A stretch of 64,000 nt of DNA from a bacterium (GTDB lineage Bacteria > JADJOY01), in NCBI GenBank assembly GCA_046331705.1, contig JAXLQJ010000025.1, forward strand, positions 1 through 64,000, read 5' to 3'. Positions 20,384 to 30,289 of this stretch are shown one piece after another. The position numbers were made by a program, and so were the translations under genes. Below the pieces are notes generated by a model, which saw only the letters and a program-made list of their open reading frames with translations, did no database searches and was not told the DNA's origin. Numbering within the stretch: the stretch's first letter is position 1; every line of letters begins with the position of its first letter.

Positions 20384-21176
20384 GGGCGCGCCTACCGGAT
20401 CGAACGGCGCGCCCTGGTACCGCGCCGTCGGCGACGAGGTCGACACCTTCCGCAGCGCGTGTCGCGCCGGGCTGCCAGTCTTGCTCAAGGGGCCGACCGG
20501 CTGCGGCAAGTCGCGACTGGTCGAGGCGATGGCGCACGAGCTGGGCCGACCGCTGGTGACGGTGGCGTGCAACGACGAGACCAGCGCCGCGGATCTGCTC
20601 GGGCGCTGGCTGGTGAAGGGCGGCGACACGATCTGGCAGGACGGGCCGGTGACGCGCGCGGTTCGCGACGGGGCCGTGCTCTACCTCGACGAGGTCGCCG
20701 AAGCGCGCGAGGACGTGATCGTGGTGCTGCACCCGCTCGCCGATCATCGCCGCGAGCTGCTCATCGATCGCCGCGACGAGCGCCTGGTGGCGCCGCCCGC
20801 GTTCCAGCTCGTCGTGAGCTTCAACCCTGGCTACCGCAAGGGATTGAAGGACCTGAAGCCGTCGACCCGGCAACGCTTCGTGGGAATCGCGATGGATTAC
20901 CCGCCCGCGGCCGTCGAGGAGGAAGTGGTTCGGGTGGAGGCCGGCTGCGAAGCGGCCACGGCCAAGCGATTGGTGGCGTTGGCGCGCAAGGTGCGATCGC
21001 TCGACGAGCTGGCGCTGCCCGAGACCGCCTCCACGCGCCTCCTGGTGGCGGCGGGGCGGCTGATTCGCTCCGGCTTGGCGGCGCGAATCGCGTGCGACGT
21101 GGCGCTGATTCAGCCGCTCACCGACGATCCCGAGACCGTGCGCGCGCTGCGCGATCTCGCGAGCCTGGCGTTTTGA
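20376..21176 (+). CDS. norQ: CbbQ/NirQ/NorQ AAA+ ATPase
   Basis: KGPTGCGKS, WQDGPVTRAVR, YLDEV, SFNPGY, LKPSTRQRF, STRLLV. Confidence 0.93.
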   Translation: MPEGAPTGSNGAPWYRAVGDEVDTFRSACRAGLPVLLKGPTGCGKSRLVEAMAHELGRPLVTVACNDETSAADLLGRWLVKGGDTIWQDGPVTRAVRDGAVLYLDEVAEAREDVIVVLHPLADHRRELLIDRRDERLVAPPAFQLVVSFNPGYRKGLKDLKPSTRQRFVGIAMDYPPAAVEEEVVRVEAGCEAATAKRLVALARKVRSLDELALPETASTRLLVAAGRLIRSGLAARIACDVALIQPLTDDPETVRALRDLASLAF

Positions 21177-21221
21177 TGATCGCGAGGCGGGTCGCGCCGC
21201 GCCGACGAGGGTGACTCGGAA

Positions 21222-23105
21222 TTGGCTTGGGACGAAGCGGTCTTCGGTTGGGTCGCGAACCGCGTCCGAAGCTGGCGCGAGCGTCCCGATGCCGAGCGGC
21301 TGCGCAAGGAATGCCTCGCCGAGCCGCTGCTGCCGCGATTGCACGTGATCGCCGCGGCGGTCGCCGGTCACGAGCTCGCGGTGGCGCTCGCGCCGGACGA
21401 GGGTGGCGCGGGCGGCGGCGTCGTGTTGCTGCCGATCGCGCTGACCGTCGCCGAATCGCCGCTTCGAAACGAACGCTTGTTCGTCTTGCGCGCGGCGCTC
21501 GGGGGCGCCGTCGTGCGTGCGGGTCTCGCCGCGACCGACGACGGCGATGCCGAGCTGCTCGCGGCGATCGGTTCGGTCGAGGCCGGGCTCCGCGACGAGC
21601 TTCCCGGCTGGGGCGAGGAGCGCGACGCGGTGGCGGAATCGCTGCTCGCTGGCCGTCCCGCGATCGCGGCGCTGCCCGCTCGCGCAGCCGTGCTCGAAGC
21701 CGTCGTGCGCGCGCGACTCGGCGCCGATCCGCTGCAGCTACGCGGCGAGCTGGCGGCGCAATGGCGCGCGGCGTTCGACGACCTGCTCGCCGGGGATCCG
21801 GCCGTGGCGGCGCTTCGCGGCGTGCGCGCGGCGCCGGTGGCGCTCTGGGGGCGCTTGTTGCGCCCGTCGGCCACGGCGCCGATCGCGCGGCGCGGGGAGG
21901 ACGCCGGCGAGCAGCCGCGCACCGGTGCGACCGAGCGCCGCGGCCGCCCCCGTCGGCCCCCCAAGCGCGCCGCCCTCGACACCCGCGAGGAGCAGGAGAA
22001 CCCGCTCACCCACAGCTTCGAGAAGGTCCACACCGCCGAGGACTACCAAGGCGGCAGCAAACGGGCCGACGGCGCCGACGAGCTCGACGCCCAGCACGCG
22101 GCGCTCGAGGAGCTCGACCTCGACACGGTCGTCGTCTCGTCCACGCCGACCCATTCCGTGTATCGAGCCGATGCGCTCTTCCTGAGCGGCGGCGAGGACG
22201 GCGGCGCCGCTCGCGGGACGCTCGCCTACGACGAGTGGGATGGCGTGCGCCGGCGCTACCTGTCCCGCTATTGCCGGCTGTCGGTCGTGGGCCCGCCCTC
22301 GAACGCAGCGGCGGGCGCGGCCTTGTGGGCGCGCGTGATGCGCGAGCAACGCCGCGCCACCGAGCATCTGCGCCGCGAGATGTTGCGCCTCGAGACGGCG
22401 TTGCGCTGGCGCACCCGCCAGCCCGACGGTCCCGAGGTCGACATCGACTCGGTGGTGGAGCGCGAAGCGTCGCTCGCCGCGGGCCACGAGGGGCCGGATC
22501 GTCTCTACGTGTCGCGTCGCCGCCGGGGCCACGAGCTCGCGGTCTTGCTGCTCCTCGACGCGAGCATGTCCACGGATGGCTGGGTGCGAGACCGGCGCGT
22601 TCTCGATACCGAGCGCGACGCGGCGGTGGTGATCGCCGCCGCGCTCGAGGGCTGGGTGAACGAGATCGGGGTCGCGGCGTTCATGAGCTTCTCCCACGAC
22701 GATTGCCGCTTCGTCGCGGTGAAGGGGTTCGACGAGCCGTGGACCGCTGGCCTCGCGCGGCTGGCGAGCGTCGAGCCGGCGGGATACACGCGCATCGGCC
22801 CCGCGCTGCGCCATGGCACCGAGCGACTCGGCCGCTGCGCCGCCAAGCGCAAGCTCCTGCTCTTGCTCACCGACGGCAAGCCCACCGACACCGATCGCTA
22901 CGAGGGGCGGCACGGCGAGGGAGACGTGCGCCAAGCGATCCGCGAGGCCCGGCGCGTGGGTGTGGACGTGTTCGCGTTCGCCGTCGATCCGCGGGCGCGC
23001 AAGCAGCTGCCGGCGATGTTCGGCCACCAGAACTTCGCTGGTCTCGAATCTCCCGAGAAGCTCGCCAGCGCGGCCACCGAGCTCTGTGCCCGGTTGCGCG
23101 CGTGA
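21222..23105 (+). CDS. norD: NorD von Willebrand A domain activation protein (TTG start)
   Basis: YDEWD, MIDAS DASMST, YTRIGPALRH, LTDGKPTDTDRYEG. Confidence 0.9.
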   Translation: MAWDEAVFGWVANRVRSWRERPDAERLRKECLAEPLLPRLHVIAAAVAGHELAVALAPDEGGAGGGVVLLPIALTVAESPLRNERLFVLRAALGGAVVRAGLAATDDGDAELLAAIGSVEAGLRDELPGWGEERDAVAESLLAGRPAIAALPARAAVLEAVVRARLGADPLQLRGELAAQWRAAFDDLLAGDPAVAALRGVRAAPVALWGRLLRPSATAPIARRGEDAGEQPRTGATERRGRPRRPPKRAALDTREEQENPLTHSFEKVHTAEDYQGGSKRADGADELDAQHAALEELDLDTVVVSSTPTHSVYRADALFLSGGEDGGAARGTLAYDEWDGVRRRYLSRYCRLSVVGPPSNAAAGAALWARVMREQRRATEHLRREMLRLETALRWRTRQPDGPEVDIDSVVEREASLAAGHEGPDRLYVSRRRRGHELAVLLLLDASMSTDGWVRDRRVLDTERDAAVVIAAALEGWVNEIGVAAFMSFSHDDCRFVAVKGFDEPWTAGLARLASVEPAGYTRIGPALRHGTERLGRCAAKRKLLLLLTDGKPTDTDRYEGRHGEGDVRQAIREARRVGVDVFAFAVDPRARKQLPAMFGHQNFAGLESPEKLASAATELCARLRA

Positions 23106-23132
23106 GCGCAGCTCGCGCGCCGCGGTAGCGTG

Positions 23133-23837
23133 TCAGCCGAGCTGGTAGAAGAGCACGGCGCTCAGGACCAACCCCGCCCCGATCGCGAACGCGCGGCCCG
23201 CCTTCCACCAGCGCGGCATCCCGCCGTCGGCGTCGCGCTCGGGATTGCCGGCGAGGAGCTGGAAGAAACCCACCAGCACGGCCGGTGGCGCGGCCAGCAA
23301 AGCCTTGGGCTCGTACTCGCCGCTCGGAAGCGAGAAGTACTCCATGCCGGCCAAGCCAGCGCCACAGAGGAGCGCGAGCGCGCCCACCACCCGCGGGTCG
23401 ACGCCGCTCGCCTCGAGCGTGGTGCGGCGCTCGGCGATCGCCTTGTTCCGTTCGTACGCCGCGTCCGCGAGCGATCTCGACTCGACGGGGACCGGCGCGT
23501 CGCTGGCCTCGCCACCGAGCGCTGCTTCCAGCTCGGCGAGCTCCGCGTCGAAGAATGCCCGGTCGGCGTCGGTCACGAGCTGACCGAAGGTGGAGATCGC
23601 GTACTGGACGCGAAGCTGGGAGTGGCTCGAGCCGTGGCGGCGGATCGCGATGGTCACCGCCGCGAGCATGCCGTCGGGCGCAGTGGCGAACAGCGACCTG
23701 AGCCTGTTGCTGCGTCGGAAGACGAGTGGGTTGCCGCCGTCGACCATCGCGAAGCCGGCGGCGCTCAGGAACGACTCCACGCGCCGGCGTGCATCGTTGG
23801 GCGAAAGCGTGACGGTGAAGGTGCGCTCGAGCTCCAT
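23133..23837 (-). CDS. hypothetical membrane protein; start approximate
   Basis: MELERTFTV...; three C-terminal hydrophobic segments; fills the gap between norD and the SRPBCC gene. Confidence 0.6.
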   Translation of the reverse strand: MELERTFTVTLSPNDARRRVESFLSAAGFAMVDGGNPLVFRRSNRLRSLFATAPDGMLAAVTIAIRRHGSSHSQLRVQYAISTFGQLVTDADRAFFDAELAELEAALGGEASDAPVPVESRSLADAAYERNKAIAERRTTLEASGVDPRVVGALALLCGAGLAGMEYFSLPSGEYEPKALLAAPPAVLVGFFQLLAGNPERDADGGMPRWWKAGRAFAIGAGLVLSAVLFYQLG

Positions 23838-23987
23838 GGCCGTGGCCTCCGGCGCTGCAGCGGAAACCGCTTCGATCGAGGAGCCCGAGCGCATCACATC
23901 GGCAAGCTCGGATGCAAGACTCGGAGGCACACGAACGTGCGGATCGCCCTCGCGGATCGTGGTATGGGTGCGGGCACCGAGGTGAGC

Positions 23988-24461
23988 ATGCGACTCGTGG
24001 TGCGGGAGGAAACCGTCGTCGAGACGACGCCCGAGGCGGTGTGGCGGGTCCTCGCCGACCCCGCGCGGCGCGGCGAGTGGAACGAGAAGATCGTGCGCGT
24101 GGAACGCGCCCGCGGCGGCGTGCCGCGAGTGGGCGAGCGCTACCGGCTCAGGTACCGGCTCGGCCGACACGAGCGCGAGATGGATGCCGAGGTGGAGGCG
24201 TGCGAGGCACCGCTGCGGCTCGCGGTTCGCGAGCGACCCGCGCGCGATCCCGATCCCGCGCGTTCGGTGCTGCTCACGTGGCGGCTCGAGCCCGTCGGCG
24301 GCGGCGTGCGCATCGTGCAGCTCGTCGACATCAGCCACGCACCGATGGCGTGGCCGATCAAGCTGCTCATGTGGATCATGGCGCGCATCGGCAAGCCGCA
24401 GGGTGCGACGGTGGTCGAGACGCTCGGCGAGCTGGTGCTGACCGAGCCGACGCCGCAGTGA
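23988..24461 (+). CDS. SRPBCC (polyketide cyclase/START-like) family protein
   Basis: VETTPEAVWRVLADPARRGEWN...VGERYR. Confidence 0.8.
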   Translation: MRLVVREETVVETTPEAVWRVLADPARRGEWNEKIVRVERARGGVPRVGERYRLRYRLGRHEREMDAEVEACEAPLRLAVRERPARDPDPARSVLLTWRLEPVGGGVRIVQLVDISHAPMAWPIKLLMWIMARIGKPQGATVVETLGELVLTEPTPQ

Positions 24462-24497
24462 CGCGGGTGGCGAGCGCGATCGAAGCGAAGCACCTCG

Positions 24498-24920
24498 TCA
24501 GAAGCGCTTCTCGATCTCGCTCTGGAGATCCTCGGCGCAGCGCCGCGCCGTGAGCCCTTCCTTCGTGATCCGCACGGTGGTCGCGTCGCCCTCGGCGCGA
24601 GCCTTGGCGGCGCCGGCGCTCCACGCGCCGTCGACGTCGCATTGGATCTCGAGCGAGCGCGTTCCCGGCGGCACGGTGATGCGCACCTGGTAGGGCCCGA
24701 CGTGTCCCGACACCGTGCCGGCCCGCGCGTCGCTGGCCTCGAGTCGGCCGTAGCTCGTGAGCGCCTGGCTGGCCGCGCGAAGGATCGCCGTCGAGTCGGA
24801 CTCGAAGTAGCGTGCGCTGAGCGAGTGGTGCTCGCTGCCGGCGCCCGCGGCGCAGCCCGCCGAGCTCGCCAGCGCGGCGGCGAGCGCCAGCGCCCGAGCC
24901 GCTCTCGTGTGTTGCATCAT
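24498..24920 (-). CDS. hypothetical lipoprotein
   Basis: Signal peptide with SAGC lipobox; start overlaps the stop of the upstream hydrolase gene. Confidence 0.6.
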   Translation of the reverse strand: MMQHTRAARALALAAALASSAGCAAGAGSEHHSLSARYFESDSTAILRAASQALTSYGRLEASDARAGTVSGHVGPYQVRITVPPGTRSLEIQCDVDGAWSAGAAKARAEGDATTVRITKEGLTARRCAEDLQSEIEKRF

Positions 24921-25906
24921 GGCTCCACTCCCTCGCTCATCCCCTGGCTCAGCGCACCGGATGCGAGATCGGCGGCGACGCCGGCGTGAACGAGCGCGTC
25001 GTCCCAGCGATCGCTGCCGTAGAGATACTTGTCGAACCACATGGTTGCGTACTTCGCGCCCAGCCGGTGCTGCTCCGCGTAGCTGGTGGTGGGCGGGCAA
25101 TCGACTGGCACGAGGTCGAAGATGATCGGGGCGGAGAGCGTCGCGAGGTCCTCGTTGATGTAGCCGATGTGATTACCGCCGTTGATCTCCAGGTATTGCT
25201 TGGTCGCGGGGATCGCGTCGTAGTACGCGAGCGGTCCTGCCGCGGGAACCAGGCAGTCGCGCGAGCCGCGCTGGATCTGGGTGGGGACGCCGATCGCGCG
25301 CGTGGCCGCGAGCGTGTCGTCGAAGATGAACGAGCCCACGTCGCTCCAGCCCGGCGCCAGCGCCACGATGGCGCGGAAGAGCGTCTCGGTGCCGGCGATC
25401 TCCAGCGCGCCGGCACCGCCCATCGAGAGCCCGATGGCGCCGAGTCGTGTGTCGTCCACCTGGCCGGCGAGCGGCGAGTCGGCGCGCAAGGACTCTCGGA
25501 CGAGGAGCTCGGCGCCGCCACTGAACCCACGCGCCCACTCCGTGGGGTCCGGGAGGAGCGGGTTCGGCGGAGTCACGCCGAGCACCAGGTAGCCGTGGCT
25601 CGCGAGGTGCGTCGAGAGCCAGGTCATCATGGGGGCGGTGGCCACGAAGCCGTTGAGCAGCACCACCGTCGGCCACGGTTGCGACGAGCCATCGTCCGCG
25701 GGCACGAACGCCGTGGCGTCGAAGATCCCGTACGCGGGGTCGTCGAAGCTCGTCTGCCACCGCGTGTAGCTGAAGGCACCCGGTCGTTCGGGATCGGAAA
25801 GGGCCGCCGTGCGCGCGGTACCGTTCGAGGCACCGCCGCACGACGCCAGCGCCAAGAGCGCCGTCATCAGCGCTGCTCGGCACGACCCGGGACGCGACGC
25901 GCTCAT
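24917..25906 (-). CDS. lipoprotein alpha/beta hydrolase, cutinase/PETase/chlorophyllase-like
   Basis: LASC lipobox; LNGF, HLASHGY, GLSMGG (Ser), GSRDC (Asp), YLEINGGNH (His). Confidence 0.85.
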   Translation of the reverse strand: MSASRPGSCRAALMTALLALASCGGASNGTARTAALSDPERPGAFSYTRWQTSFDDPAYGIFDATAFVPADDGSSQPWPTVVLLNGFVATAPMMTWLSTHLASHGYLVLGVTPPNPLLPDPTEWARGFSGGAELLVRESLRADSPLAGQVDDTRLGAIGLSMGGAGALEIAGTETLFRAIVALAPGWSDVGSFIFDDTLAATRAIGVPTQIQRGSRDCLVPAAGPLAYYDAIPATKQYLEINGGNHIGYINEDLATLSAPIIFDLVPVDCPPTTSYAEQHRLGAKYATMWFDKYLYGSDRWDDALVHAGVAADLASGALSQGMSEGVEP

Positions 25907-26346
25907 TTCAGCGTGAGCTCGCGGCCGAGCTTCTCGCCGATGATCTCGCGCACCTCGCCGCGCTGGGTGGCTTTCTCGTCGGCCTTGGCCATCGAGCCGG
26001 CGAGCTTCTCGATCACGCCGCGGCTCTTCTCGTCCAGGCCGTCGAGGGCGGCCATGTTCTTGTACTCGACGACCAGCATCAGGTCCCAGTCGTCGCGATT
26101 CGCCGACGTGGAGCTGACGATCCGGTACGAGAGGATGAGGCCCTCTTTCTTGAGCGCCTCGTTCATCGCCTTCCAGTCGGTGGACAGGAACTTCATGTAC
26201 TGATCGAAGCCGCCCGGCTTGATCCGGACGTACGTCATGTCGAGAACGGAACCCTCGGTGTAGGGCGTGTCGTCGGCGCGGCCCACACCGATCACTCCGA
26301 GGACCAGCAGCAGCGCGACGAAAGCACGTTGAATCGTTCGGCTCAT
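25903..26346 (-). CDS. secreted hypothetical protein
   Basis: Signal peptide, RBS AGGAG, protein-like composition (DDWDLMLVVEYKNMAALD). Confidence 0.85.
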   Translation of the reverse strand: MSRTIQRAFVALLLVLGVIGVGRADDTPYTEGSVLDMTYVRIKPGGFDQYMKFLSTDWKAMNEALKKEGLILSYRIVSSTSANRDDWDLMLVVEYKNMAALDGLDEKSRGVIEKLAGSMAKADEKATQRGEVREIIGEKLGRELTLK

Positions 26347-26433
26347 GATGGAGCTCCTTTCGACGCGACCTTACAGCAGCACGCCGCCAGGTGCGCAACC
26401 CAAAAGCGCATGGCCGAGGCGCTCGCCCGTCGC

Positions 26434-27264
26434 TCAGCCGCGCGCGAGGCGAATCAGCAGGCTCGCGATCACGAGGTCCGTCGCGACGTGCGCGAGCCAG
26501 GGCGCCAGCAGGCCGCGTCCGCGGTGCCGCAGCGCGCCGAGCATCGCCCCATAGACCGACGCGAGCGCGACGCCGACCGCGCCGCGGGGAAAGCCGTGGA
26601 GGTGGATGGCCCCGAATGCCAGCGCTTGGAGCGCGATCGCCGGTGCCGGCGGCAGCACGCGGACGAGCGCGCCCTGAAGCACGCCGCGGTACACCGCCTC
26701 CTCGATGGCCGCGTTCCAGAGCGCGAACGCGCTCGCGCCGAGGACCAGCGCGCCGAGCGGCCAGTCGGGCACGAAGTCGCGAACCAGGTCGGCCACGTCG
26801 GGGTGCAGCGCGCGATGCCAGCCCAGGAGCGCCGCCCCGGATACGACGGCGATGCCGAGGATCGCGGCAACGAGCGGCGGCGAGAGCGCGCCGCGGGTCA
26901 GCCATCCGGCTTCGGCGCGCAGCCACGGCACCGCGCGGACGAGGCACCCGTGGATCGCCAGCGCGACCGGCAGCACCACCTGGCTCGGCCCGACGCCGAT
27001 CGCGGCGAGCAGAGCGCACGCGAGTCCGAGCAGGCCGACACTCGTGGCCGCGGGCGCGCGCCACCGCATGGCCGCGAGGGTCGCCGTGCCGAGGGCGGCG
27101 AGCGCGATCCGCGCCAGGCTCGCAGGCGCGAGCGGCAGCACGGTCACCGTCGCGGTGAGGGCCAGCACCAGCGCCCGCTCGGCCTGGGCGCCGGCGCGGA
27201 CCGGTGGAGTCGGGGTGAACGGCATCGACGAATCCGAGCGAGCGTGGACCTCGCGGTCGCTCAT
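26434..27264 (-). CDS. CPBP (CAAX protease/Abi) intramembrane metalloprotease
   Basis: IEEAVYRG, FGAIH, PWLAHVATD, multiple TM segments. Confidence 0.88.
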   Translation of the reverse strand: MSDREVHARSDSSMPFTPTPPVRAGAQAERALVLALTATVTVLPLAPASLARIALAALGTATLAAMRWRAPAATSVGLLGLACALLAAIGVGPSQVVLPVALAIHGCLVRAVPWLRAEAGWLTRGALSPPLVAAILGIAVVSGAALLGWHRALHPDVADLVRDFVPDWPLGALVLGASAFALWNAAIEEAVYRGVLQGALVRVLPPAPAIALQALAFGAIHLHGFPRGAVGVALASVYGAMLGALRHRGRGLLAPWLAHVATDLVIASLLIRLARG

Positions 27265-27372
27265 CGCTGCCCGACGATAGCTCCCGTGCGTGCCTCCGCG
27301 GCGGGGACTCGCGCGTTGTCACGGGGAATCGCAACCGGCACAATCGCCGCGCGGTCACCAGCGAGGGCGCGG

Positions 27373-28239
27373 ATGCGAGGACGAGCGAGCAGGACGGCGG
27401 AAGTCGTGGCGTTCATGCGTGCGTCGGACCAGCGCCGCGCCAGCGAGCGCCGCATCGTGGACGATCCGTACGCGCACCTCTTCCTCGGCCCGTGGCTCCG
27501 GGGGGCGCTCGCGAGCCTCGAGCGCACCGGCCGCCTCGGTGAGCGGGGCGAGCAGCTCTTCCCGAACCTGACGACCTACGTGCTCACGCGGCACCGCTTC
27601 ATCGACGATTGCCTCGCCGTGGCGCTGGCGCGCGGACGGTTCGAGCAGCTCGTGCTCCTCGGCGCGGGCTACGACACCCGCGCGTACCGGTTCGCCGATG
27701 CGCTCGACGGACGGCCCACCTTCGAGGTCGATCACCCCGCCACCGGAGACCGCAAGGCGCGAGTGGTGAGGCAGCGCGCCAGCGCTCTGCCGCGAGCGCG
27801 CATCACGCGCGTGCCCATCGACTTCCAATCGCAGGCGCTCGGCGATCGGCTGTTGAGCGAGGGCTTTCGTCGCGGAGCGCGCACCTTCTGGGTCTGGGAG
27901 GGCGTGTCGCCCTATCTCACGCGCGCGGCCGTGAAGGCGACGCTGGCCACCCTTCGCGAGCTGAGCGCGCGCGGCTCGGACCTGGCGATGGACTTCTGGT
28001 TCCTGCTCGATTCGCCCGCGGCGATCGCCACCGCGGTGCGGATGTCGTCGCAGCTGCTTTCGATCCTGGGCGAGCCCGTCACCTTCGGCCTGGACCCCGA
28101 CGACGCCCCCGACTTCATGCGTCGCGCGGGCTTCCGCACCGTGGATCTGGCGCTGCCCGCCGATCTCGAGACGCGCTACGTCCGCGACGCGCGGCGGGTC
28201 TATCCCGCCGACTACCTCCTCCACGCTCGCACCCGTTGA
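27373..28239 (+). CDS. SAM-dependent methyltransferase (leucine carboxyl methyltransferase-like)
   Basis: SRTAEVVAFMRA, DPYA, RHRFID, QLVLLGAGYDTRAYR, FEVDHP, WEGVSPYL. Confidence 0.92.
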   Translation: MRGRASRTAEVVAFMRASDQRRASERRIVDDPYAHLFLGPWLRGALASLERTGRLGERGEQLFPNLTTYVLTRHRFIDDCLAVALARGRFEQLVLLGAGYDTRAYRFADALDGRPTFEVDHPATGDRKARVVRQRASALPRARITRVPIDFQSQALGDRLLSEGFRRGARTFWVWEGVSPYLTRAAVKATLATLRELSARGSDLAMDFWFLLDSPAAIATAVRMSSQLLSILGEPVTFGLDPDDAPDFMRRAGFRTVDLALPADLETRYVRDARRVYPADYLLHARTR

Positions 28240-28250
28240 GAGAGCTCCCC

Positions 28251-29438
28251 ATGCGCACCACGATCGGACCCGCCGCTCTCCTCGCCGTCCTCCTCGCTCT
28301 TGGGCTCGGTGTCGGCTGCGCCGGCTCCGGGGGCGACGGCTCGTCCGCGGACGGTACCGTGTACGCGGGGCTGGATCGGGCCGGCGACTATCCCGTCGGC
28401 GTCCGCACCCTCGATCTGGTCGACGAGTCGCGTCCCGACGATCCGTACTCGCGGGGGCCACGCTTTCTGAAGACGGAGATCTGGTATCCGGCAGCCGAAT
28501 CGGCGCGTGACGCACCGCCCGCGTCCGGAACCGACTGGATCCCGCGGGCGCTCGCGCCGCTGGCGCCGTTCCTGACGATCCGCGGGCATCACGTCTTCGA
28601 CTTCCAGACCCACGCGGTGCGCGGCGCGGACGTCGCGTCGGGGCGCTTCCCGCTGGTGGTCTTCTCTCACGGCAATCAGGCGGTGCGCTACCAGAGCTTC
28701 ACGCTCTGCGAGCACCTCGCGAGCCACGGCTTCGTGGTCGCGTCTCCCGATCACATCGGCAACGCCGCGGTGGCCGAGCGTGCGGATGGCAGCCTCGCCC
28801 TCTACGCCGACGTGTTCGGCGTGCCCGCGCTCGATCGCCGCATCGCGGACATGCGCTTCGTGATCTCGACGGTCTTCGGCATGGGCGCCGCGGGCAGCGG
28901 CTCGTTCCTCGCGGGCGCCATCGACGAGGCGCGCGGCGTGGGGATCACGGGCCATTCGTTCGGCGGCGCCACGACGGTGGCGACAGCCGCGGTCGATTCG
29001 CGGATCCGCTCCGCGGCGCCGATGGCGGCAGCGGTGTTCGAGGATCGCATGCCGCCGCTCACGGTTCCCTCGCTGACCTGGATCGGCGGCGAGGACAAGA
29101 CCGTCGGCGTCGAGGCGAACGACGCCATGCGCCAGATCTCCGACGCGTCCGCGCCACCGCGCGCGTTCGCGGATCTGCTCGATGCCGGACACTTCACGTT
29201 CTCGGATGCGTGCGTGCTGTTGCCGGGCTTCTTCGGTAGCGACGGCTGCGGCGAGGGCACGCGCATCGCCGATGGCTCGACCTTTCCGTTCATCGGTCAC
29301 GACGAGTCGTGGGCGATCCTCGACGCCACCACCACCGCGCTCTTTCTCGCCACGCTCACCGACGACGCGAGCGCCGGCGCGTTCTTGCGGCGCAACCCCG
29401 CGCGCGCCGAGGTCGAGTTCACCACGAGCGGCTGGTGA
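28251..29438 (+). CDS. lipoprotein alpha/beta hydrolase (PAF-acetylhydrolase/dienelactone hydrolase-like)
   Basis: GVGC lipobox; EIWYPA, FPLVVFSHG, LASHGFVVASPDH, GHSFGG, AGHFTFSD. Confidence 0.88.
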   Translation: MRTTIGPAALLAVLLALGLGVGCAGSGGDGSSADGTVYAGLDRAGDYPVGVRTLDLVDESRPDDPYSRGPRFLKTEIWYPAAESARDAPPASGTDWIPRALAPLAPFLTIRGHHVFDFQTHAVRGADVASGRFPLVVFSHGNQAVRYQSFTLCEHLASHGFVVASPDHIGNAAVAERADGSLALYADVFGVPALDRRIADMRFVISTVFGMGAAGSGSFLAGAIDEARGVGITGHSFGGATTVATAAVDSRIRSAAPMAAAVFEDRMPPLTVPSLTWIGGEDKTVGVEANDAMRQISDASAPPRAFADLLDAGHFTFSDACVLLPGFFGSDGCGEGTRIADGSTFPFIGHDESWAILDATTTALFLATLTDDASAGAFLRRNPARAEVEFTTSGW

Positions 29439-29451
29439 GCCGGATCGAGCC

Positions 29452-30249
29452 ATGCCGCTCGTTCCGATCGAACGCGGCGACGACCCGCGCATCGCCGATT
29501 ACCGCGACCTCGGCAACGGCGAGGGGATGCGCGCCCGGGGCGTGTTCGTCGCCGAGGGCCGCTTCGTGGTGCGCCGGCTGATCACCGGCGGACGTTTCCC
29601 CGTGCGCTCGCTGCTGGTGACCGATGCGGCGCTCGCCTCGCTCGCGGACGTGCTGCCGCAGGTGCGCGGCGCGGTGCCCGTCTACGTGGCGTCGAAGGCG
29701 ATCCTGCGCGAGGCGACGGGATTCCAGTTCCATCAAGGCTGCCTCGCGCTCGGCGAACGCCCGCCGACGCCTACCGACGCCGACACGCTCCTCGGCGGCG
29801 CGAGCCCCTTGGTGGTGCTCGAGAGCATCACCCACGCCGACAACGTGGGCGCCATCTTTCGGAACGCGGCGGCGTTCGGCGCCGGTGCGGTGCTGCTCGA
29901 TCCGGCGACCGTCGATCCGCTCTACCGCGAGGCGATCCGTGTCTCGATGGCGGCGACGCTGCAAGTGCCGTTCGCGCGCCTCGCGGACTGGCCCGCCGAC
30001 CTCGCGCGCCTGCGCGTCGCGGGATTCGTCGTGATCGCGCTCACTCCGCGCGCCGATGCGACTCCGCTTCACGCGTTGCCCGCGTGCGAACGCGCCGCGT
30101 GGTTGGTGGGCAGCGAGGGCGACGGGTTGAGCGAGGCCGCGCTGGGGTGCGCGGACCTGCGCGCGCGGATCCCCATCGTGCCTGCCGTCGACAGCCTCAA
30201 CGTCGCCGCGGCCACCGCGATCGCGCTCTACGCAGCCACGCCGCGCTGA
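29452..30249 (+). CDS. TrmH/SpoU family RNA methyltransferase
   Basis: FVAEG, NVGAIFRNAAAFG, VGSEGDGL, DSLNVAAA. Confidence 0.93.
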   Translation: MPLVPIERGDDPRIADYRDLGNGEGMRARGVFVAEGRFVVRRLITGGRFPVRSLLVTDAALASLADVLPQVRGAVPVYVASKAILREATGFQFHQGCLALGERPPTPTDADTLLGGASPLVVLESITHADNVGAIFRNAAAFGAGAVLLDPATVDPLYREAIRVSMAATLQVPFARLADWPADLARLRVAGFVVIALTPRADATPLHALPACERAAWLVGSEGDGLSEAALGCADLRARIPIVPAVDSLNVAAATAIALYAATPR

Positions 30250-30289
30250 TCGCTCGCGTCGCCGCGGGTCCTCGCGCCGGCCCTCGCCG

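Noticed and set aside
21176-21222. Frameshift at the norD 5' end (TGATG-coupled ATG is out of frame)
   Set aside because: The TTG start at 21222 gives a complete, plausible NorD; nothing in the sequence indicates a lost N-terminus
24917-27358. 813 aa single ORF
   Set aside because: Only the last 329 aa are the hydrolase; the rest overlaps two real genes in other frames
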